From NCBI RefSeq assembly GCF_009914755.1, contig NC_060926.1: a stretch of 64,000 nucleotides of DNA. One strand, given 5' to 3'. This document shows positions 55,820-64,000 of this stretch, piece after piece. The notes under the pieces are model-generated. The model worked only from the letters and a program-made list of their open reading frames with translations, made no database searches and had not been told where the DNA came from. Origin of the DNA: the human T2T-CHM13v2.0 reference genome, Homo sapiens. The position numbers and the translations under genes are program-made. Each line of letters begins with the position of its first letter. Position 1 is the first letter of the stretch.

Positions 55820-56600
55820 CTGGCTGCCCAAGCCAGAAATCTGAGGATCACCCTTGCCCCTTCCCTCGTATTCACCCCCATAATCCCCAACACTTGCAGA
55901 TCTACTCCTTAGTATCTCTGGAATCCATCCCCTGAGATCCATACCATTGGCCATCCACCTCCCTCCCTTGCCCGGCCTTCTGTAGCATTTTCCTTCAGGT
56001 CCCAGGCCCACCTCCCTCCGTTCTTAGTATGCTATAACTAATATTATGACCACTCTGAGAGGCGGATCTGCTTAAAATCCTCTTCCCACCATGACTGGGA
56101 TCAAGTCCAGTGTTCTTAACATGGCTTACTTAGCTTATAACATGTGATGAGGCCCCTGCTTAATTCTCATTAATTCTCATGCCTTTTATTTTGCAAACCC
56201 TAGGTATGACAGCTCCTCTCCCAACAGCTCTACTTTCTACATCTACTCTCTACCACCACAAAACTTCTTTCAGTTCCATGAAAGGGCCATGTTTTTCTGG
56301 TCTCTTGGCCTAGGAGCATGTTGTTCTTCTGCCAGCAACCTTCTTCAACCATCTCCACAGGATGACTCCTCTATTGGATACTTCCATGAAAAGTCCAGGC
56401 CTGGGTTATGTACCCTTCCCAAAGTGCACCCCAGACACCCAACAGTTTTTCCAGCCCAGACTCACCACACTGTGTGGTAATTTCCTGATCACTCAGTTGT
56501 GCTCCCCACAGACTATAAGCTCTATGAGGGCAGGGGCCACAGTTTGCTTGTTCACTACTATATGCTCAGTACCTGGTAAATATTAGTTGACTGAAGAATG
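55820..56600 (+). mobile_element. L2 fragment(s)
   Basis: caagccagaaatctgag...ctgcttaaaatcctc...agactataagctctatgagggcaggg. Confidence 0.65.
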
Positions 56601-56604
56601 ACTA

Positions 56605-57045
56605 TGTGGTAATCTATTCCATTGGTGGCCTCCAGTGAACCATGTCTTCTGGTATTTACATCTTGTGTGGTCCCCTCCATTAAATTTGGGCTTTAACCAA
56701 CAGAATGCTGCAGAAGCGACACCCTGCCACTTGTGCTTTTGTGATCCTAGCCACCAGTAAGAAGCCCTGTGACCTTGCTGAGACCCTGAAGAGACCACAT
56801 AGAGAGGCCACTTGAAGGGCAAGGGGTCCTGACTCTACATGGAGAGAGAAGCCCAGCCATCCCTGTTTCCCAGCTGAGTCCTGACCAGATAACTCACTAC
56901 AAGACTGACCACAGGCAAGAACAGCAGAAGAGCTGCCCAGCTGAGCCCATCCAAGAGTGCAGAATTTCAAGCAAGTAAAATGACTAATGTTGTAAGCCAC
57001 TAAAATTCTAGGGTGGTTCTTACATAGCAATATGTAACTGTGATA
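56605..57045 (+). mobile_element. MLT1 (E/F/G-like) solo LTR
   Basis: tgtggtaatct...ctgcccagctgagccca...taagccactaaaattctagggtggttcttacatagcaata. Confidence 0.75.
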
Positions 57046-58316
57046 AACTAAATAAATGAATAAAAGGGAATGAAGAATTACTTCACAGAATAAGTTTCAT
57101 GCAAAGACATCTCAATGTCTCTAAGAAACACTTCTAAGGAAGAGCAGAGTCAAGAAAATAGCAACAGAACTAACAGGAAATAGAGGAACTCATACCACCA
57201 GCTTCCATTTACATTACATCACATTTTTCCTCTGTCAGTTTCTTTGGTTTTAAGATATTCTCCAATGAAAAGATATTCCTACTCTTTTGTGAAAAAGAGA
57301 TTCTAGGTTTGACATTAAAGTTAAGAAGTCCAACCAAGGAGGGGATGTGAACACTAACACACAAATGGAAACTGCTTAGAATCCCATGGCCAACCTATCC
57401 CTGCTGTTCTATTTCCTCTTACTTGCCAGCAGAGCAGATCTACAGCTGTGGATGAGGGCATAGAGGCTGCTGTGCTCAGGGGAAACTGGAATACTATGGA
57501 GACTCCTGGCTTAACTGGGCACCAAATGTTCAGTTCAGTGTGAAAAATACCATCCAAAGATCAGAATGGTTAATTTTTATACAGACAGTTAATGACTTGT
57601 CAGTGAACTAGTAAAAACAAAATAGACAGCTACTCAGTGCCTTTAACCCAGGCATCCAATCAGTTACACTATACACATATGCACATACACCCCCTAGAGA
57701 CAGCTGATACACACTGTTACATAATCCAGAATATTTTCTGGCTAGACTATATTTTGAATCCTAAATATTAGCTAGCAACATTAGCATGCACATCTCAGAA
57801 TGAGAAGACAGACTGCTAAATTTATACTGGCTTGATGGAATCTTGGATTGCTACTTCTAATAATTGCTTTTCTTCCTGAAAGAAAAAAATCATTATGTAA
57901 GAACTATGGCCTAAGCGAAGTATCTGTCTTTTGTAAAAAACCATAAAACAAAATGCCAAGAATATTTTCTAACGTATTATACTGGACTAATGCTTTGAAA
58001 TTTCTGAATGATGTTTAGTAGGTAAAATTATCAATGTATGTCTAGAATAGCATGCCTCTTAAACCTACCTCCAATTAATAAATTTTATGTGATAGATATT
58101 TAAAGTAAAGAAGTGAATTCAGGAACAAGCCAGCGGCTTGAATGCTGCATGCTTGGGAAGGGAAAAATCAGCTCCCAGGGTTTTCAAAGCTCCAGAACTA
58201 AGTGACAGAAAAGGGGCCTGCAGCATTAATGTCGATGTCCTGTCCACTAGTGAAACTGAACATGAACTCCTTTCAAACATGGCTGAGAATAAAAGCTAGA
58301 CTTAAAAAAATCAGAA

Positions 58317-58633
<317 letters not shown>

Positions 58634-59569
58634 AGAGAGAGAGAAATATTTCCTATTCTTTTTTTTCTCCCTAGATAAAAGTGCTCTTTGACTAGATGCC
58701 CCCTCGGATGTTCCCTGGGACCTAGAAACCCTAGAGAATGAAAAACTTATTCTTTAACTTTTCTTCTTCTGTGGAGTAACTTCTGGTGGAGGCATTAGGC
58801 TGTGGGGAGAGGACAGGATGCACAGGCAGGGAAAATGAGCCAGGAACCCAATTCTCGCCTTCTAGGAGAGAGAAGAAGCTGGCCTAGGAGCAGCGGGTTT
58901 CTGCAACAAAAGGAACCTGAGAGATTATCATGGTCAACCCAATAACCTCACACCCACACAAAAAAAGAGACCTATGCTTTGTCTGTAGTACAGATGAACA
59001 CTTGTTCTGCTCATACGCCAGCCACTAGGCTGAACCCTTTCACATAATTTTATTTAGTAGATATTTAATTGGGTGAGTAGATGAATGATAAAAGTGAGCA
59101 AGTAACATCTAGAGAAGACCCAAGTCCATTACTGATACAGGTGGGCCTGGAATTCAGCAGGGCAAGGTGAGAAACAGGATGGAGAGGGTCATGGCTGAGC
59201 CTTAGGGAGAAGGGAAACAAGGCTCCTAGCAAAGACTGAGTTCATGCCACTGCTCCAAGCCCTGTAATGATTTGCCCAAGTGACTTGGAATCATAGTGAA
59301 GTTAATTAAATGCAACAAGCTCACATAGAATGAAATTGTGCAGAATCTCATGAGCATCCCATTTCCTTGAAATGGGTAAAACAGTGTGAGGCAGCTTAGA
59401 GAAAGTGCAGGGTTGTTCAGACCATGTTCTATAGCGGGATGGTCTGGTGGAGCCCCCCACAGAAGGCAGGTACACCCCACAGCATCCAGCAAAGCCTTGT
59501 TTCTGCTTGAAAAAAATGAGTTCTACACTTACAAAAAACATACACAAAATGAAAACTATGGGAATAGTA

Positions 59570-59760
59570 GAAAGATGACTGAAAAGGATCCCGCAGACAT
59601 GAATGTGAATTGCAGTCCCACCACCACCTACCAGATGTCCTCGGACAAGTCATTTCAGCCCTTAAGCCTCTGTTTCAATATCTGGAAAATGGAGATAATA
59701 TCTACTGTACACAGACATTTTTGAGGATCTAGTAAGATAAATTATGTAAAACACTGAAAT
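59570..59760 (+). mobile_element. MIR
   Basis: ggacaagtcattt...agcctctgtttc...ctggaaaatggagataata. Confidence 0.6.
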
Positions 59761-59844
59761 TATTTGCAGATTCAGGTTTTAGGAAATATAAAATGTAAAT
59801 CTTTTAATAAAGCCATTCCTCAGAAAGTCAACAGGTAGTTTCTC

Positions 59845-59972
59845 TTTTTCATAGATGAGGTCTTGCTATGTTGCCCAGGCTGGTCTTGAATTCCTGGTCT
59901 CAAGCAATCCTCCTACCTCAGCCTCCTGAGTGTGAGTAGCAAGGACTACAGACATGAGCCACCACACTCAGC
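59845..59972 (-). mobile_element. Alu left monomer (FLAM-like)
   Basis: tagatgaggtcttgctatgttgcccaggctggtcttgaa...catgagccaccac. Confidence 0.85.
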
Positions 59973-60587
59973 TCTCAACAGCTACTTTCAATGGAGGCTC
60001 AGTTTTCTGTTTCCTGTTTCCTGTTTGTGTATTAACAAAATCCATGGGTGTCTCAAGGAGAAGCATTATTTAAAGAATATAGTGCATGGGACAATTTCAT
60101 CAACACTCCAAAAGCAAGCTAGATAGGGGTGATCCTGCTGGGACTCTAAAAATCTACCTCTAGGGTTTAGCGAGTAATGGTATACGAGTGCTCAACTCAC
60201 AGGAAACAGATCAAAAACTCCAAGTTCCATGTTGGTGGCTTCTAGGTGAGGATGCAGACCACTGCTTATGTAGGGAAGGTTGACAGAGGATCATAGTTTC
60301 AGGACTGGAAGGGACTCCGGATTATCAACATTATTTTGCTAATGAGGAAACTGAGAACTTGGGGTAGGAGATGACTCATCCAGGATCACATTAGTGATTA
60401 CAGAACTCAGTCGTTCATTGAGCACCTTTCCACTGCACTAAGGTTGACTAAAAGCAGACAGACTTCTAAAACCTAACGATTTCCCATCCATAATTTATCT
60501 GCGTATAGTAAGTTTAACTTTCCTATATTCCACTTGAACACATCTTCAGAAGGCATTCCAAGCAGTGCCTTTCCACCGTGGCCTGGG

Positions 60588-60720
60588 AGTAGGGTCAAGC
60601 ACATCCTCGTTTGCCCAGGACAGTCCTCATTTATGCTTGTCACTCCAGCGTAATTATTAATAGTGCGCCCTTGCCTCTCACCAGTACCTGGATGTGGATG
60701 GTAATTTATACAGTACTCTT
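60588..60720 (+). mobile_element. MER94 hAT-Blackjack
   Basis: tagggtc...gtttgcccaggacagtcc...gcgtaattattaatagtgc. Confidence 0.7.
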
Positions 60721-60944
60721 TGTGCTTTTCTGGGAGAAACAGAGAGATCCAGGGTAGAACTGCTCCCCAAGAGCTTGGCAAGGTGGTTTGGAACCAGGAG
60801 AGATGTGATAACTGTCTTCAAATATTTACAGGTCTGTCCTATGTTAGTAAAATTAGGCCATTCTGTGGCTATCAGGATTAGAACACAGACTACCATGTGG
60901 AAACCACAGTGGGTGGAATTCTTCTTCGCTATAAAGAAGTGTAT

Positions 60945-61130
60945 TCTAAACAGACTCCAGGGCCAGACTGCCTGGGTCCAAACCCCGGTCCTGCCATTTA
61001 CTAGCTCCGTGACCCTAAGCAGGTTGCCTAAATTTTTTGTGCTTCAGTTTCTCCATCTGTAAAATAATAATAATTTTAAAAGGCAGCAAGATACATAGTA
61101 GGTGCTCTATAAACATTTGCTGCTACTATT
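60945..61130 (+). mobile_element. MIR
   Basis: cagactgcctgggtccaaaccc...ctgccatttactagct...gtgcttcagtttctccatctgtaaaat. Confidence 0.75.
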
Positions 61131-61394
61131 ACTACTGACTGTTACTTGGCAGGTAGTCAACATTCCCAGGGCAGAGATTTTCACATCTGCACCAGGACAG
61201 GACAGCTGGGTTCACCCTAGGGAGGGGGGAACAGGGAGCACTGGCTCAGCTGATGCTGGAGACACCAACCTAATGGAGAATGTGTTGGGTCTCGGGGGAA
61301 ACAGTTCCACCCTATCTGCTCACTGCTTGAGGCACAGTGTGTCAGCAGGGAGGTACTGCACTGATGGCAGTACAGTGGTTGATGTAAGTGTATG

Positions 61395-61610
61395 AGGGTG
61401 GACTGGATCAGACCGTCTGCCTTTAATCTTGGCTCAACCATGTTCTAGCTATGGACTGGAGTTGCTTACTCACTCTGTGCCTCAGTTTCCTCCACTCTAA
61501 AAGAAGGTTACCAGCAGTGCCACTCTCACAGCATTGTCAAGAGGACTGAGTGCAATACAAATAAAGCCTGGGACAGAAAAAGTGCATGATAAATACTGTT
61601 ATTACGATCA
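61395..61610 (+). mobile_element. MIR
   Basis: ctctgtgcctcagtttcctc...ctcacagcattg. Confidence 0.55.
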
Positions 61611-61969
61611 CGCAACAACCACTGATGCCTAGGGCTGGTGCTGGAAAGCACCTGACGGAGGCTGGAACTGAAGTCAAGAGGGGCGAGGGGCATGTCCAAG
61701 GCCTCACAGCCTAGAAGGCATCTCAATATCTTCCCTGCATTGCACTGCAGTCCGGCTCACAGCAGACTGATTCACCCATCCTTTGAATCCCAAGGCATAG
61801 CTGATCAGTTGGTGCTGGGGCTGCAGAAGTGACCTGCACTAGGACAGCTGCAACAGGGAGGCCAGCGTGCAGCAGGTAGACCTGCCTGAGGGGCAGCCTG
61901 ACCGGGCAGGCAGGTGTGAGGCCATGAGGTCAGAGCTGGGTGGAGATGGGATTGACGCAAGGGTGATTT

Positions 61970-62472
61970 TATTAAAAACATAAATCTCATTCTATCACCC
62001 CACTGGCAAAAAGCCTATTACATTAAGGTCCTCAGAGACCTCAGGAGCACCTGCCCTTGCCTACACCTCTGGCATGGCCCCCACCCCTCTCCCCACAGCC
62101 ACACTCCCTCTCTCTCTTTTCCGGACTTGTCCAGTGTACTCTCCTCAGGGCCTTTGCACCAGGCATGCCCTCAGCCTGACGCACACTTCCCCAGGTATCA
62201 TCCATCTGTCTCCTTGTCATTCACATCTCAGCTCTAGAAGCACTGCCCTCCCTTGACTGCCATGTCTCGAGCGTATCCCTATCATTCTTCATCCCATCAG
62301 CCTCTCTGCTTTTTTCACAGCCCTCATCACTGTCTTAATTTACCTGCATAAGCATCTGTTTGTTTCCTGTGTGTTTTTCCCCTGTAGAACATAAACTCCA
62401 CTTTATGATAGGGACCTTGCCTTAAGCACACCTCAACAGTGAGCACTTAATAAATGTTTGTTGAATGAATAG
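61970..62472 (+). mobile_element. L2 3' fragment
   Basis: ctcagggcctttgcac...tagaacataaactcca...gcacttaataaatgtttgttgaatgaat. Confidence 0.7.
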
Positions 62473-62739
62473 ATCAAGCAAAAACAGGTTGCAGAGGAGT
62501 GAAGAGGAGCAAGGGTGACCACCTTGGAGAGCTGGGTTCAACTCCATGGGTCACTGGGTGTGTGGTGTCTGGGGGGGTGTGGCTGCCTTAAAGACCAGAG
62601 GCAGGAGTGCTTACCCTGAAGAACAGGAAAATCCCTGGAAGAAAAGAACAGATGAAATGACTCTTCCTTCACCCTCTTGGGAGAGCAGAAGACTGTATCT
62701 CCATGGTTGCAGAGCACCTACCCTTGCCCCAAGTTGACA

Positions 62740-63055
62740 GAGTCATCCCTCCATACATATGTGGGGTTGGTTCCAGGACCCCTGCAGATATCAAAATCCT
62801 TGGGTGTTCAAGTCCCTTATATGAAATGGTACAGTATTTGCATAAAACCTATGCATATCCTTCAGTATATTTTAAAGCATCGCTAGATTACTTATAATAC
62901 CTAATGTAAATGCTATGAAAACGGTTGTTATACTGTACTGTTTAGGGAATAATGACTATAGAATGTCCATACATGTTCAGTACAGGCAACCATCATAGGC
63001 ATAACGACATTTTCTATCCTCGCTTGGCTGGACTGCGGATGTAGAGGGTCAACTG
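62740..63055 (+). mobile_element. MER2 (TcMar-Tigger)
   Basis: ggttggttccaggacccctgcagatatcaaaatcc...tagattacttataatacctaat...gagggtcaactg. Confidence 0.85.
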
Positions 63056-64000
63056 TTCCCCATACATCGGTGAGGCCTGAATTCGTAACTCTTTCCCTGG
63101 ATTGGTGGTCTAGACTGTTAGCCTCTAGAGGACAGGATACAGGTCAGCTGGACCTTTGGTTAGTGCTGAAGAGAATCTAGCAGAGTCCCAGTCCTAGTCA
63201 TATACACAGTTTAGTTTACTATGTACAGAATTACAACTATGTCCAACCAAGTAGAGCTAATCTGAGCCCCCTGAAATAGGGTGGCCAGACACGTGAGTTT
63301 CTAGTAAGTGTTTCTATCTTCATGTCATGTTTGATTTCCAGCCCGTCACGGCAGCAACCCAGATGACTCAAACCAGAGTCATAAACATGCTCTCTCCAAA
63401 GGGAATAAGAGGGCTGCTTGGACCAGAAGCTTCTACACAGGAGAACCCAGAAGCAAAACAAATAAAGAATGTGGTCCCTGCTAAGAGTCTTTTGGCATCC
63501 ATCAGCCTACTGTCTTGAGAGATTTTTCCAGAAAGTATTCAGAAGGAATATCCTGGGTCTATATGAGGACATGAATGCAACACCTTTAACAAGTGTTGGT
63601 AAAATATTTACAGATTCCTAATTACTCAGATTTCATTTCTAGGAAAAATACCTCCACTTTACAAAATTAACGTTTAAATGTTAACATCAGTGGGAGACTA
63701 GGCAGTAGAGAAGTTAGAGAGAGACTGAAAGGGGAACAAAAACCACTTCTCTATAAACATGCCCTTTTCAATAATATCCTTTCCCAAGAATTACGGTCAG
63801 GAGTGAAGAGAGGGTGGGAGAAAATAAGGTCCGGAGGACCATCTATGGGGATCAGGGCCACAGCTGAGGCTTTGTGAGCAAGGTGGTGCTCTAGAAAAAG
63901 TCACTTTCCTGACCTGAATTTAGGAGTAAATGCCCTGTGCCTCCAGTTTACAAGTTACCAGATAACTGCGACCCAAACCTCCAAGGGGTGCAGAGGAGAA

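Overview
Primate (human or great-ape type) non-coding genomic DNA, judged from AluY and L1PA2/3-type inserts. I found no CpG island, no recognisable protein-coding exon, and no tRNA, rRNA or CRISPR array. The listed ORFs are mostly Alu, L1, LTR or low-complexity artefacts. Much of the window is interspersed repeat: about 20 Alu copies or monomers, L1M/L1PA, L2, MIR, MaLR/ERVL LTRs, hAT and Tigger MERs and one Ricksha MULE. Repeat subfamily names come from remembered consensus sequences and are approximate. Four things stand out. (1) A chain of minus-strand exon candidates in repeat-free DNA (about 34.2, 23.4, 17.0 and 10.7 kb) can be joined into a 101-codon ORF and has a plausible poly(A) signal. 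(2) A roughly 290-bp micro-inversion is revealed by split, oppositely oriented Charlie4a-like and MLT1F-like halves at 24.3-24.6 kb. (3) A twin-primed old L1 at 39-42 kb carries four secondary insertions, including two tail-to-tail L1PA 3' ends. (4) There are RUNX/ETS/GATA/AP-1/STAT motif clusters that look like enhancers. I could not identify the locus or gene, and I see no strong evidence of a new biological system.
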